DNA of 64,000 nucleotides from Myxococcota bacterium (lineage in GTDB: Bacteria > Myxococcota_A > Bradymonadia > UBA4248). A program made the position numbers and the translations under genes. Below the pieces are notes generated by a model. It searched no databases. It saw only the letters and a list, made by a program, of their open reading frames with translations, and was not told the origin of the DNA. Positions within the stretch are counted from its first letter, which is position 1. Each line of letters begins with the position of its first letter. Location: positions 4,488 through 68,487 of the forward strand of contig JAZRVP010000002.1 of NCBI GenBank assembly GCA_045599245.1, written 5' to 3'. Shown one piece after another: positions 43,169 through 53,454 of the stretch.

Positions 43169-45262
43169 TCACTCAGCATCAAGACTGGCCCGGATAATCC
43201 CTACACCACAATTGTCTCCGCCGCCGCCAAGATTGGCCTGCATGATCAGTTCAAGACAAGCCAGAGCCGAATTATGGGCATGACGAACGACGTCCGCTAT
43301 TTTGGCCTCGCTCTCCGTAATTTCACACGCCACGTAATCAAGAATGCCGTCCGTCGTGAACATCAGCGTGTCACCCGGTATCAGGCTCATGCTGTAAACA
43401 TCATACGCCAGGTCGGTTCCATCCTGATTCTCCTCGTTATAACCAAGACATTGGACAAGCGACCCGGCATGTGGATGAACCGCACACATCTCAACGGGCA
43501 ATCCATTGATGATGCCCACGGTAAACAAATTGTGATCGCGCGTTATGCACGACATGAGTTCATCACGAATGATATATGCCCGCGAATCACCCACAGCGCC
43601 AAGGGTCAGAATGCCGTCTTCGATGAGTCCGACGAGTGCCGTTGTTCCCATACATTCCGACGCCGTCGGATTTTTATCTGCAAAACGGTCGCGGATGTAC
43701 TGGCAGATTTCCTCGTTCGATTCGAGTAAAATCTGACTGATTTCATGAATAGGACTCAGCGTCTTTGCTGCTTCTATTCGCTTGTTCCAGGCATCTTCGG
43801 CTTTGGCTATGACGATATGACTTGCAATATCTCCGGATCCGTAGGTCGATGTCGAAACCCCGTCGGCGACAACCATCAGAATGCGCTGGCCATTCTCACT
43901 TTTTCTCATGAACACAGCATCCTGATTGACAGGACACTTCAGACGCTTGGTCACCCCGATATGGGTATCGACGGCCGCATCATACTGCAGCTGCGCTCGA
44001 AAATCCCTGCGCTCATGCATGAAATCAAGCGCATTGCTCATCGCATTCATGAACTCCGTCATCGTACGATATCGAAATTCCGGAGAAGCATGAAGGGAGG
44101 CATGAATGATTTCATCCCAACCAATCGGAAATGTCGGATTAAAGGCGCGAGGATCAAGGGCCGGTTCAAAATTAAGCGCATCACAGGTCGGCACACGGTT
44201 TCCGGCAACGAGATAGTATGCCATTGCACCCAAAACATAAACGGCCTGTGCCATCGTCATGCGCTGTCTTAAAAATCCAAAACATTCCGGCGGAACCGAC
44301 GCCAAATCCCCCTGCCCATGCTCGATCGCGCAACGTTCATTCCACGGCAAATCAAACGATTCCGCGCCCATAAAGAGAATTTCATCGTCCCGAAGAACGA
44401 TATTTTCCGGTGAAATGCGAAGAAACGTATGTCCGGAAGCAAAGACTGCACTCAGCTTTGAACAGATAAACGTCAAAATGCGATACACAGAACTTGGCGC
44501 AACGAAATGCTGCGCCTCACGCCACGTTGCTACTGTCTCTATGCCATCGAGTGAATAGGCCTGTGCTATGGTTCCCGCAACTTTTCCCATGTACTGACAC
44601 GGCCATACATACGCCTTGCACTCTTCGGGAACCGGCTTTCTTCCTGACACGGGAAAATGAATGCACATCAGCCACGGACGGTGATCTGCGTCCTCGGCAC
44701 GCCACATCAAAGTCGCATCGAATCCCGGACAAGACTTCAGAAGCATCAGCTCCTGAACACCTTCCTGCGGCGAATAAAGAACAAATCCCAGCTGATCATT
44801 GCCTAATTCGAGAATTGCATAGCGAGTCTCCCCCGAGCCGCCTTCACACTGGCAGGCACAACCTTTCTGGACCAGATACGCGTCCACATCATTCGTGAAG
44901 ACAAACATATCTCCGTCTGCCGGACACGGAATGGCTGCATTATCCGACGACTCCGGGATTTCCGTAATGATCGGCATTACATCCGTGTCACAGGAATCCC
45001 CCTGCGACATCAAATTCGATGTCGCCAAATCATCGATGTCTTCTCTGACGTCTTCCGCATTGGCATATACATCTTTAGCCAGCATCGAAAGTGTACTGCC
45101 TGCACTGTAACCTTCATTCTCGTCGTCATTCAGAGCATTCTGTCCAGACACCTCGGCACTCTCTCCACATACCGCCGCCGATGTAACATCTTCCGCACGG
45201 CACACCGCGCCAAACCTATTCTCTGGCACTTCACGAAACTGTTCCGGTTCTTGTTCTGACAA
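43169..45262 (-). CDS. PP2C-family Ser/Thr phosphatase fused to an N-terminal degenerate kinase-like (pseudokinase) domain
   Basis: C-terminal PP2C motifs LMVVADGVSTSTYGSGDIAS, GTTALVGLI..GDSRAYI, FTTDGILD. The middle region is kinase-like, but the catalytic HRD is replaced (FLRISPENIVL). Confidence 0.8.
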   Translation of the reverse strand: MSEQEPEQFREVPENRFGAVCRAEDVTSAAVCGESAEVSGQNALNDDENEGYSAGSTLSMLAKDVYANAEDVREDIDDLATSNLMSQGDSCDTDVMPIITEIPESSDNAAIPCPADGDMFVFTNDVDAYLVQKGCACQCEGGSGETRYAILELGNDQLGFVLYSPQEGVQELMLLKSCPGFDATLMWRAEDADHRPWLMCIHFPVSGRKPVPEECKAYVWPCQYMGKVAGTIAQAYSLDGIETVATWREAQHFVAPSSVYRILTFICSKLSAVFASGHTFLRISPENIVLRDDEILFMGAESFDLPWNERCAIEHGQGDLASVPPECFGFLRQRMTMAQAVYVLGAMAYYLVAGNRVPTCDALNFEPALDPRAFNPTFPIGWDEIIHASLHASPEFRYRTMTEFMNAMSNALDFMHERRDFRAQLQYDAAVDTHIGVTKRLKCPVNQDAVFMRKSENGQRILMVVADGVSTSTYGSGDIASHIVIAKAEDAWNKRIEAAKTLSPIHEISQILLESNEEICQYIRDRFADKNPTASECMGTTALVGLIEDGILTLGAVGDSRAYIIRDELMSCITRDHNLFTVGIINGLPVEMCAVHPHAGSLVQCLGYNEENQDGTDLAYDVYSMSLIPGDTLMFTTDGILDYVACEITESEAKIADVVRHAHNSALACLELIMQANLGGGGDNCGVGIIRASLDAE

Positions 45263-45461
45263 TGCTTTTTCTCCGAATTAACTGCCTCACCCTCCGAATG
45301 GCAAATCAATTCCCCTTTTCTATCATTGCCCTTATTTCAATTAAATGCAAATTTACAACGTAGATAATTGCGTATTTACTGCATTTACTTGTGATTTTTT
45401 TTCCCACACATTAAATTCTTGTCCGTTTTGGTTTCGATAGCTCATTCTTCATGAGGCTTCC

Positions 45462-47420
45462 ATGCATTACAAATACTCGTTTTTGCCTCTCCTTCTCGGT
45501 TCGTTCCTCATGACTTCATGCGGTCCAACCCTCGATGAAGGCAGTGATGCCAGAATTCGTGTGACCCCGGCAAAGCAGATTACCTTCTCTCGCGTTACTG
45601 TCGGTGACTCACACAGCCTCCCGTTTGTCGTCTCCAGTGTCGGCAAAGACCCTCTCAATATCCGAAAAATCGAATGGAACGGAAGCAGTGCTGTCCTCCT
45701 TTCCATGACCGGAAATGAACTGCCAAGAACACTCGACGTTCACGGCTCTATCCCCGTCTCCGTGAATTATTCCCCATCTGAAGCCGCTCCATCTCCTGAA
45801 GGCATCGTCAAAATCTATTCCAATGACCCCGACACGCCCGTCTATGAACTCAAAATCGCCGCTCAGCAGCTCTCTCCTCTCATCCATGTCGTCCCTTCAT
45901 CCGAAGAAAAGCTCATCTTCGGACAGACTGAAAAAGGCGAAATCCTAAAAAAAGATGTCGTCATCACAAACGTCGGCGATCTTCCTCTCACACTCTCTGA
46001 TATCTCACTCTCGACCTCCGACGATTTCTCATACTCCCTCGTCAACTCCTCAAAACTTCCCGTTTCACTCGCTGCAAACGCCGCTGATCAGCTCACCGTC
46101 AGCGTCGCTTTTGAACCCAAAACCATCGGAAAACAGGAAGGAAAAATCGTCTTCTCTTCAAACGACCCGACACACCCTCACTACGCTCTTCCCATCATCG
46201 CAAACAGCGACTCGCCCTGCCTTAAAATTCAACCGACTATTCTTGAATTTTCCCCCTCTCTGAGCGTCGGAACCTCTCTCACAAAACCCGTCACACTCAC
46301 CAGCTGCAGCGATGTCCCCCTTAAAATTACAGACATCGTGAAAAATAGCGGCTCCGAGGTCTTCACCCACGAGCTTCTCGGCGCAAATACCGAACTCAAA
46401 AACGGCGAAAGTGCCACGCTCAACATCACATTCAGTCCCTTGAGTGAAGGCCCCGCTCAAGCTGAATACGTCATACTGAACAACGATCCGCTTCAGGCAA
46501 ATGCCCTGTTCAAAGTCATGGGCTCCGCCTCCGCAAACCAGTGCCCAAACGCCTCCGCTCAGGCACGCCTCGACTCCTCCAGCACTTGGTCAAAATCCCT
46601 CGACCTCGCGCCTCTTGACACCGTTATTCTCGACGGTTCCCAGAGTTCCGACAAGGAATCCACCGAACTCAAATATTACTGGAGCATCAAAAATGCCCCC
46701 AAAGACTCCACTTCCTCGATCTCGTCCGACGGCCCAAAAGCCTCTTTCTTCCTCGATCTCGCGGGAAGCTACGAGCTCTGTCTCGATGTCGAAGACTCCG
46801 GTAATATGATGAGCTGCAACTCCGACTGCATCACCATTACCGCCACACCTCGCGAAACCATTCACATCCAGCTCGTCTGGCATACCCCAAAAGACACCAT
46901 TCTCGGCGATGACGACGGAACCGACCTCGATCTCCATCTTCTTACACTCCCCGACGGCAAATGGGGAGATGTCGGAATCGCCGAAAAAAATGACGGAACC
47001 GACGTCTATTTCAACAACCGAGCCCCCGTCTGGACACCTAAAAATCTATCCCCCGAATATCCATCCCTCGATATCGACGACAAAGACGGCGAAGGTCCCG
47101 AAAATATCAACCTCGATCAGCCTAATCCCTGCCGTTGGTACGCCATCGGCGTGCACTACTATCAGGACAACGCATTCGGCCCTTCATACGCCACCATCCG
47201 CTCATACATCGACGGAAAACTCCGTTTCGAAAAATCAACCATTTCTCTCAAACAAACCGGCGTATTTAAACACATTGCCTGGCTCTTCTGGGACGGAACT
47301 CAGGGACTCTTCTACGAAACAGACAAAGCCTACGACGACAGCGATTGGATCAATGTGACCCCCGCCGTTCCAAATGATGTGCTCGAAAAAGCTAAAAAGG
47401 CAGCTCCCGGATGCTTCTGA
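45462..47420 (+). CDS. lipoprotein with tandem Ig-like (ASH/choice-of-anchor-type) beta-sandwich domains
   Basis: Lipoprotein signal MHYKYSFLPLLLGSFLMTSC. There are repeated ~100-aa units F..V.VG.S...P..V.N.G..PL.I..I. Confidence 0.75.
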   Translation: MHYKYSFLPLLLGSFLMTSCGPTLDEGSDARIRVTPAKQITFSRVTVGDSHSLPFVVSSVGKDPLNIRKIEWNGSSAVLLSMTGNELPRTLDVHGSIPVSVNYSPSEAAPSPEGIVKIYSNDPDTPVYELKIAAQQLSPLIHVVPSSEEKLIFGQTEKGEILKKDVVITNVGDLPLTLSDISLSTSDDFSYSLVNSSKLPVSLAANAADQLTVSVAFEPKTIGKQEGKIVFSSNDPTHPHYALPIIANSDSPCLKIQPTILEFSPSLSVGTSLTKPVTLTSCSDVPLKITDIVKNSGSEVFTHELLGANTELKNGESATLNITFSPLSEGPAQAEYVILNNDPLQANALFKVMGSASANQCPNASAQARLDSSSTWSKSLDLAPLDTVILDGSQSSDKESTELKYYWSIKNAPKDSTSSISSDGPKASFFLDLAGSYELCLDVEDSGNMMSCNSDCITITATPRETIHIQLVWHTPKDTILGDDDGTDLDLHLLTLPDGKWGDVGIAEKNDGTDVYFNNRAPVWTPKNLSPEYPSLDIDDKDGEGPENINLDQPNPCRWYAIGVHYYQDNAFGPSYATIRSYIDGKLRFEKSTISLKQTGVFKHIAWLFWDGTQGLFYETDKAYDDSDWINVTPAVPNDVLEKAKKAAPGCF

Positions 47421-47436
47421 TTTCTTTTTTTGGTAA

Positions 47437-47473
47437 GGCCGGCCTATGGCGCACATCGCGCCATACGTCCGCC
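47437..47473. repeat. hairpin (family member R9)
   Basis: ggccggcc-tatggcgc-acat-gcgccata-cg; this is the perfect tatggcgc/gcgccata stem. Confidence 0.6.
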
Positions 47474-47580
47474 AAAAGACGCTATGTTTTTTTGCCTCCC
47501 TTTGAGGCAAAAAAAGCATACGCGTCTTTTTCATTTTGCTCAAAACACGCCTGCCGCTTGCGCGCACCACGGCTCATGCC

Positions 47581-48975
47581 ATGATCGGATGGCTCGATGC
47601 ACTCATCGCCGCCGTATTTCTCGCCATCACACTCTGGATGGGACTGCGGCTCAAGGATAAAACCACCGATTCCGCCGGATATCTTCTCGGCGGACGTGCA
47701 CTCACTCTGCCCGCATTTGTGGCAACCACGGTTTCTACCTGGTACGGCGGCATTCTCGGCGTCGGCGAATATTCATTTCAATACGGCATTTCAAACTGGA
47801 TCGTGTTTGGTGTCCCCTATTATTTAGGTGCCCTGCTCTTTGCTCTCCTTTTGAGTAAACGCGCCAGAAAACATGAATCTCTCACAATCCCTCATATCTT
47901 CGAAACAGGATACGGAACAAAAGCCGCCAAATGTGCCGCCATTCTCATCTTCCTCACGACCATTCCCGGCGCCTACACCCTCATGATGGGTACTCTCTTT
48001 TCGATGACCTTTGCCATCCCTGCCGCCTTCGGTATCCTTCTTACCGCCGTCTTTGTCGTCATCTACCTCTGGCGCGGCGGTTTTAAAGCCGTCGTCAAAA
48101 CCGACGCCATCCAGTGTGCACTCATGTTCGGCGGCTTTTTACTGCTCACGCTGTGGCTCGTTATTGGATTCGGTCTTGAACCGCTCAAATCACTTCCTCC
48201 AGGGCATCTTCAACCGACTGGCGGACAGCCCGTCGGAAGCATCCTCATCTGGTACGTCATTGCCCTGTCAACACTCGCTGAACCCAACTTCTTTCAACGA
48301 GCTTTCGCCGCCAAAAACCCGGAAATCGCTAAAAAAGGTCTCCTCATCAGTATCGCATGCTGGTGCTTTTTCGATATCATGACGACGATTTGCGGTCTAT
48401 ACGCCAGAGCTTTACTCCCCGACCTCTCAAATCCCGTCCAGGCCTTTCCGGCTCTCGCCGCTCACGTTCTTCCCATCGGACTGACTGGAATCTTTTTTGC
48501 CGGACTGTTTGCTACCGTCCTTTCATCACTCGATTCCAACCTGTTTACCGCTGCTGCAACGTTCGGCCGCGATTTATGCCCCCGCCCCCTTAATCAATCT
48601 TCTAATCCTCGCTATACAAAAATCGGACTCATACTCGCCGCCATCCTCGCCAGTGCCATTGCTCTTTGCTCCGGTTCGGTCGTCCAAATATGGAAAATTT
48701 TTGGTTCTGTTTCAGCCGCTTCCCTTCTTATTCCCATCTTCGGTATCTATTATCCTAAACTTAAAATGTCCGAAACAGGCGCAATAATCCTCATGATCAC
48801 GAGCTGTATCACGACTTTGACATGGTTCGCTGCAGGTAAAATGACCGGAGCCTTCTGGTTTGAAATGGAACCGTTGTTTGCCGGCGGCCTGATGAGCATT
48901 TTCATCTTTTTGTCCGAAAAATGCCTCCGCCACTGTTCTTTGCTCAAACACACACAAAAAAATTGTGAAAAATAA
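47581..48975 (+). CDS. sodium:solute symporter family (SSF) transporter
   Basis: The track ORF starts at TTG 47536. The ATG at 47581 (MIGWLDALIAAVFLA) matches typical SSF N-termini. The SSF signature is YLLGGRALTLPAFVATTVSTWYGG. The protein is polytopic. Confidence 0.85.
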   Translation: MIGWLDALIAAVFLAITLWMGLRLKDKTTDSAGYLLGGRALTLPAFVATTVSTWYGGILGVGEYSFQYGISNWIVFGVPYYLGALLFALLLSKRARKHESLTIPHIFETGYGTKAAKCAAILIFLTTIPGAYTLMMGTLFSMTFAIPAAFGILLTAVFVVIYLWRGGFKAVVKTDAIQCALMFGGFLLLTLWLVIGFGLEPLKSLPPGHLQPTGGQPVGSILIWYVIALSTLAEPNFFQRAFAAKNPEIAKKGLLISIACWCFFDIMTTICGLYARALLPDLSNPVQAFPALAAHVLPIGLTGIFFAGLFATVLSSLDSNLFTAAATFGRDLCPRPLNQSSNPRYTKIGLILAAILASAIALCSGSVVQIWKIFGSVSAASLLIPIFGIYYPKLKMSETGAIILMITSCITTLTWFAAGKMTGAFWFEMEPLFAGGLMSIFIFLSEKCLRHCSLLKHTQKNCEK

Positions 48976-49303
48976 TATCCGAAACAGCTGAATCAATGCT
49001 CATGACCGCGAATTGTACGGCGACTTTGACTTGTTTTCCCGACTGTACAATTTCAGGAACTTTTTTGTTTGAATTTCAGTCATGATTTACAGGTAATTCC
49101 ATAAGTCCTCACCCCTTTTTCACCGAAAAATGCCTCCTTTTCTGTTCGTTAACCAAAATAATGCAAAAAAGTGCGAAAAATAACACCTCATGTGACTATT
49201 TACTTGACAGTTTGGGGCTCAAAACATACTTTTCGCCTTGTTTTTGACAAACGCCAAAGGCGAGTTGTCGTCTAGTACCTCTCTTTTTCTGGAGATTTGA
49301 GTT

Positions 49304-49720
49304 ATGAAAAAAGGTGAACTCCTTAAAGAAGTGTCCAAAAAAATCGCTGATCAGAAATTGACCAATGCTCAGCTGAATGCAACCGTTAAAGCCGTCTTTG
49401 ATGCTCTCGGCGAAGCCATTTGCTCAACCGGTCGCGTTGCTTTCCCAGATTTCGGTACGTTTACAGTTAAAGAACGTGCAGCTCGCGATGGCCGTAATCC
49501 TCGTACAAAAGAAACCATTAAAATTCCTGCTTCCAAGAATATCGCTTTCAAAATTTCCCCCAAACTCAAAGCTATGCTCAATGTCGACATGGCTGCCGAT
49601 GACAAAGCTGATGCAAAAGTAGCCGACAAAGTCGAAGAGAAAAAAGAAGCCAAAGCCGACAAAAAAGCTGCTGACAAAAAAGCCGCTGACAAAAAAGCCA
49701 CCAAAAAAACAAAGAAATAA
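49304..49720 (+). CDS. hup: HU-family DNA-binding protein with Lys/Ala-rich C-terminal tail
   Basis: HU fold residues (..GRVAFPDFGTFTVKERAARDGRNPRT.E.I.IPA...FK) plus the tail AKADKKAADKKAADKKATKKTKK. Confidence 0.85.
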   Translation: MKKGELLKEVSKKIADQKLTNAQLNATVKAVFDALGEAICSTGRVAFPDFGTFTVKERAARDGRNPRTKETIKIPASKNIAFKISPKLKAMLNVDMAADDKADAKVADKVEEKKEAKADKKAADKKAADKKATKKTKK

Positions 49721-49742
49721 GATTTAGTTATTATAAATTTAT

Positions 49743-49770
49743 AGCCGCTCAGTTGAGCGGCTTTTTTTTG
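49743..49770 (+). terminator. Rho-independent terminator after hup
   Basis: agccgctc-agtt-gagcggct followed by T8. Confidence 0.8.
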
Positions 49771-49824
49771 TACCATATTTCCCCCTGTTTCCCATCTTTG
49801 ATGAGAAACAGGGACAATTTGCTA

Positions 49825-52704
49825 TTATTTCTGGCAAATACCGCTGGTGCTTACTAATCGATATCCGGACTCACACTTCGTCGCTACACATTTGCCCGAC
49901 GTATTGCAATTAACCGCCGTACTGTTGGCCACTTTGGATATATCACACACCTGGTCATGACCTCCGCAATTCTTGTCGGAATTCACCTCACACGTGTTGT
50001 CATATACGTGATAATTGCTCTTGCAGCTACACTTTGAATAACTCAAAGTTGCATTCTCCACACAACTCGTTGCCTGACAAACGCCCCCTGTCGAACATTT
50101 ATATGCCGCACTCAAAGGCGCTGCTTTCTCATCACAGGCCTGTTCATGCGCCCCGCAGTTCGCGTCATCATTGAGTTCACATGTATTGTTATAGGCATGA
50201 AATTTAGCATTGCAGCTGCAAGTCTGTTGCGTTGTACTGCGCGTCGCATTATCGACACAGCTCTTGGCTACACATTTACCCTTTTCACACGCCAGTTCCT
50301 TGCCAAACGGAACCGTCTCGGCGTTACATGCGACTTCAACAGAACCACAATGTTCAAGACTGTCCTCTTCACAGGCATCGCCTTTTGCATTCAGATGCGT
50401 CCCCGTTTGACACAAGCATTTTCCTCCCGAAAGATTCGTTCCGGACTCACATTTCGTTGCTTCACACACACCTGACGTTGAACACTTCGCCGAGACACTC
50501 AACGGAACTTTTTTATAACTGCACTCCGTTTCATGCTCCCCGCAGTGTGCGTCCGAATTCTCTTCGCATGTATTTTCATACTTGTGATAACCGCTTGAAC
50601 AAACACAAGATCCGGAACTCACCGTGGCATGAGAAACACATGTCGATGCCTTGCACACCCCCGTCGTTGCCGGACACGATACAGTTTTACTCAAGGACAT
50701 TGTATTGACACTGCATTCTGCGCCGTGTTCACCACAGTTCTCCGTTGTGTTCTCCTCACAGGTGCTCTCATAAACGTGATAGTTGCTCCGGCATGTAATG
50801 ACACAGGCGCCGTCCTTGCACGCAACAGAACTCGCATTTTCCGGCTTGTCCGGGCACTTGTTGCCCTCCTTGCCGCAATTGTCTGTCGTATCCCTGACGC
50901 ACTCACTGTCCTTGATGTGATAGCCTGAGGCACATACACAAGTTCCACCCGAACACGTGCTGTTTGAAGGACAAACGGTATCATGCGTTCCGCAATGATT
51001 GTTGTCATCTTCCTCACAATCCGTACCGTTGGCATGATAACCACTGGCACAAACACAGGTCGCATTGACACAATCAAAGTGCTCTGAACAGGCCTTGTCA
51101 TGACTGCCGCAATGACCTGCATCATCCGCCTCACAATCCGCGCCATTGACGTGCATTCCCGCTCCGCACACGCCTTCTGCGCAGACACCGTCTGCACAAT
51201 TTTCATTGCCATTGCACGCCTTGCAGGCATCTCCCGTCACGCCGCATGCATTGATATTCGCCTTGCCATCAACACACGTGCCGCTGCTCAGACAATACCC
51301 TTCCTGGCACTTGCTCGGTGTACACTGCCCATGTGGGCATGTTCCTTCAAGCCACCCCTCAACCGTTTCTGCACATGAAATTCCATGTTCCGAGCAATTC
51401 TCGACCGTGTTGTCTTCGCACTCACCTTCATAAAGATGTTTGTCACCATCCGGACAGTCCGTATGAATGATGCAAATTTTCTCTTCTTCCACCAAATCAT
51501 AACCATCCAGACAGGATGCGGCGACACACTTGCCGGAGACACAGCTTACGTCCTTCCACCCTTCCAATGCCGAACAGTTATTTCCATAAGCCCCGCAATC
51601 CGTCAACGTATCATCCTGACATGCCCCATCCTGACGATGCTGGTTCTCAGGACACGCTTCTTCACACATCCCGGCAGCATTCACACGGTAGCCATCGATA
51701 CAAGTCCTGGCAAGACAAACGCCTTTTTCACACACACCCGTGAGCCAACCCGAAAGTTTTGTACAGTTATTGTCATGAGAACCGCAGTTTTCTGTACTGT
51801 TTGCTTCACATACCTCGCCGAACATGTGATGCGTCGTTCCCACGGCACACTCGCTGTTTGCCACACATGCATTGGAATTGACATCATACGAATATCCATC
51901 GGAACAGCTGGTTGGTGAACACTTTCCACTCAAACACGATCCAGATCCCCAGCCTTCCAATTTCGTGCAGTCATTGCCATGACTCCCGCAATTTTCCATG
52001 GAATTCTGTTCACAGCCATTCTCAAAGGCATGTTCATTGCCAAAACACGACACAGCTTTTGCCTGGCACGCTCCCCCAACGACCTCAAACCCTGCCTGAC
52101 ACGCGGTTGCCACACACACCTTATTGCGGCACTCACCGCTGTCCCATCCCTTGACGCTTGTACAGCCATAATCATGGCTTCCGCAATGCTCAACGCTGTC
52201 ACTCTCACAGTCGCCATCGTAAGCATGTTCATTGTCAAGACACGAAACAGGGTCCGGAACCGTTCCTTCACACACGCCTTTGACTAATTCATAACCATCC
52301 CGGCACTTGCTCGCCACGCACTTTCCATACTCGCAGGTACCTTCAACCCAACCGCTCAACTTTTCACACGATGTGTCATGCGAACCGCAGTGTTCTAATG
52401 AATTATCTACACATTCGCCATTATAAATATGTTGACCGGAAAAGCAGTTACTTTCTGCACAGAAATACTCTTCTCCTTCATTCAAACACTTCGGAAATTC
52501 CTTGGGGCATATATTATTTTTAAACGAGTTTGAAAAATCCCCCAAATCACAGGAAGTTTCCGTACAGGTTTGTGAAAAGATATAACTAATTCCATGGGAA
52601 GCAAATGTCGGTGGCGGACACACATCTCCATGCTCCACGGGATTATCTGAATCACATCCAACCAACAAAGCAGCCACAATCAAAAACTTCGCGTATCGTT
52701 TCAT
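49825..52704 (-). CDS. Cys-rich repeat surface lipoprotein (about 13 repeats of E(N/H)CGSHD..C..L.GW..G.C..GKC....C.DGY)
   Basis: Lipoprotein signal MKRYAKFLIVAALLVGC, with a regular ~45-aa Cys repeat. Many alternate-frame ORFs on both strands are artefacts. Confidence 0.85.
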   Translation of the reverse strand: MKRYAKFLIVAALLVGCDSDNPVEHGDVCPPPTFASHGISYIFSQTCTETSCDLGDFSNSFKNNICPKEFPKCLNEGEEYFCAESNCFSGQHIYNGECVDNSLEHCGSHDTSCEKLSGWVEGTCEYGKCVASKCRDGYELVKGVCEGTVPDPVSCLDNEHAYDGDCESDSVEHCGSHDYGCTSVKGWDSGECRNKVCVATACQAGFEVVGGACQAKAVSCFGNEHAFENGCEQNSMENCGSHGNDCTKLEGWGSGSCLSGKCSPTSCSDGYSYDVNSNACVANSECAVGTTHHMFGEVCEANSTENCGSHDNNCTKLSGWLTGVCEKGVCLARTCIDGYRVNAAGMCEEACPENQHRQDGACQDDTLTDCGAYGNNCSALEGWKDVSCVSGKCVAASCLDGYDLVEEEKICIIHTDCPDGDKHLYEGECEDNTVENCSEHGISCAETVEGWLEGTCPHGQCTPSKCQEGYCLSSGTCVDGKANINACGVTGDACKACNGNENCADGVCAEGVCGAGMHVNGADCEADDAGHCGSHDKACSEHFDCVNATCVCASGYHANGTDCEEDDNNHCGTHDTVCPSNSTCSGGTCVCASGYHIKDSECVRDTTDNCGKEGNKCPDKPENASSVACKDGACVITCRSNYHVYESTCEENTTENCGEHGAECSVNTMSLSKTVSCPATTGVCKASTCVSHATVSSGSCVCSSGYHKYENTCEENSDAHCGEHETECSYKKVPLSVSAKCSTSGVCEATKCESGTNLSGGKCLCQTGTHLNAKGDACEEDSLEHCGSVEVACNAETVPFGKELACEKGKCVAKSCVDNATRSTTQQTCSCNAKFHAYNNTCELNDDANCGAHEQACDEKAAPLSAAYKCSTGGVCQATSCVENATLSYSKCSCKSNYHVYDNTCEVNSDKNCGGHDQVCDISKVANSTAVNCNTSGKCVATKCESGYRLVSTSGICQK

Positions 52705-52854
52705 GCCACAACCTCCTCACGGTGCTGCAATTCAGGCAGCTGGTATTAACTCTTCACAAACACCTTTTTTTCATATTCCGCTGTCTGTTTTTACATGCTC
52801 CAGCATCATAAAAACAACCGCCATCAGGCGGTTTTCATCCGTACCTGACAGCTT

Positions 52855-53433
52855 TTATATTTCTTTTCCCTCGAGCATAAATCTCGATATGATATGATGA
52901 TGTGCACCCGTCTCATTTAAATCCGATCCAATTAATACAAATTCAAATATTTCCGACTGACCGAAATTTAAATCCCGAACGGCATTGATTGCATCCGTTA
53001 GATTGATGCGATTCGTCCGCGTTGCCACACGTCCAAGCAGCATATTTGTCTCAAAATGACGTCCATCATATCGCAGATTTGCCGCATTACATGCTTCCAT
53101 CAGCCTCTCTCTCAAATCGTGAAGCTTCTGGTTCGCCTCCGCCGAAACCTGAATAAGACGCGGACATTCCGGTGACGGATACGCACTTATCCCCGCTGTC
53201 ATCATCTGAAACGCAGGAAAACTCTTCGCCACCTGATGAAGAAGCTCGTTGAGCTCCGGAATCGATCCATCGTCGTGACGACCAAGGCAAAGGAGTGGCA
53301 AATGCAGGTGTTCCGGACGCGTCCAACGAGAATCCGCCCCTCGGCTCGATATGATTTTGCCAAGGTCTTCCTGCAAAAATGTCAGTCTCTCCACCAGCTT
53401 GATGTCTGGTTCTATTGCAATTGTAAATATCAT
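52855..53433 (-). CDS. 2H phosphoesterase superfamily (LigT/ThpR-like) protein, catalytic motifs atypical
   Basis: The start was re-set to MIFTIAIEPD at 53433; the track's N-terminal MAVRPLARTAWRMAVRPLAG is a translation of tandem repeats. Size and layout resemble ThpR/LigT (..HLHLPLLCLG.. and ..GRHFETNMLLGR..), but the two H-x-T/S-x motifs are altered. Confidence 0.5.
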   Translation of the reverse strand: MIFTIAIEPDIKLVERLTFLQEDLGKIISSRGADSRWTRPEHLHLPLLCLGRHDDGSIPELNELLHQVAKSFPAFQMMTAGISAYPSPECPRLIQVSAEANQKLHDLRERLMEACNAANLRYDGRHFETNMLLGRVATRTNRINLTDAINAVRDLNFGQSEIFEFVLIGSDLNETGAHHHIISRFMLEGKEI

Positions 53434-53454
53434 CGTTTCATCATGCTTTTTCTG

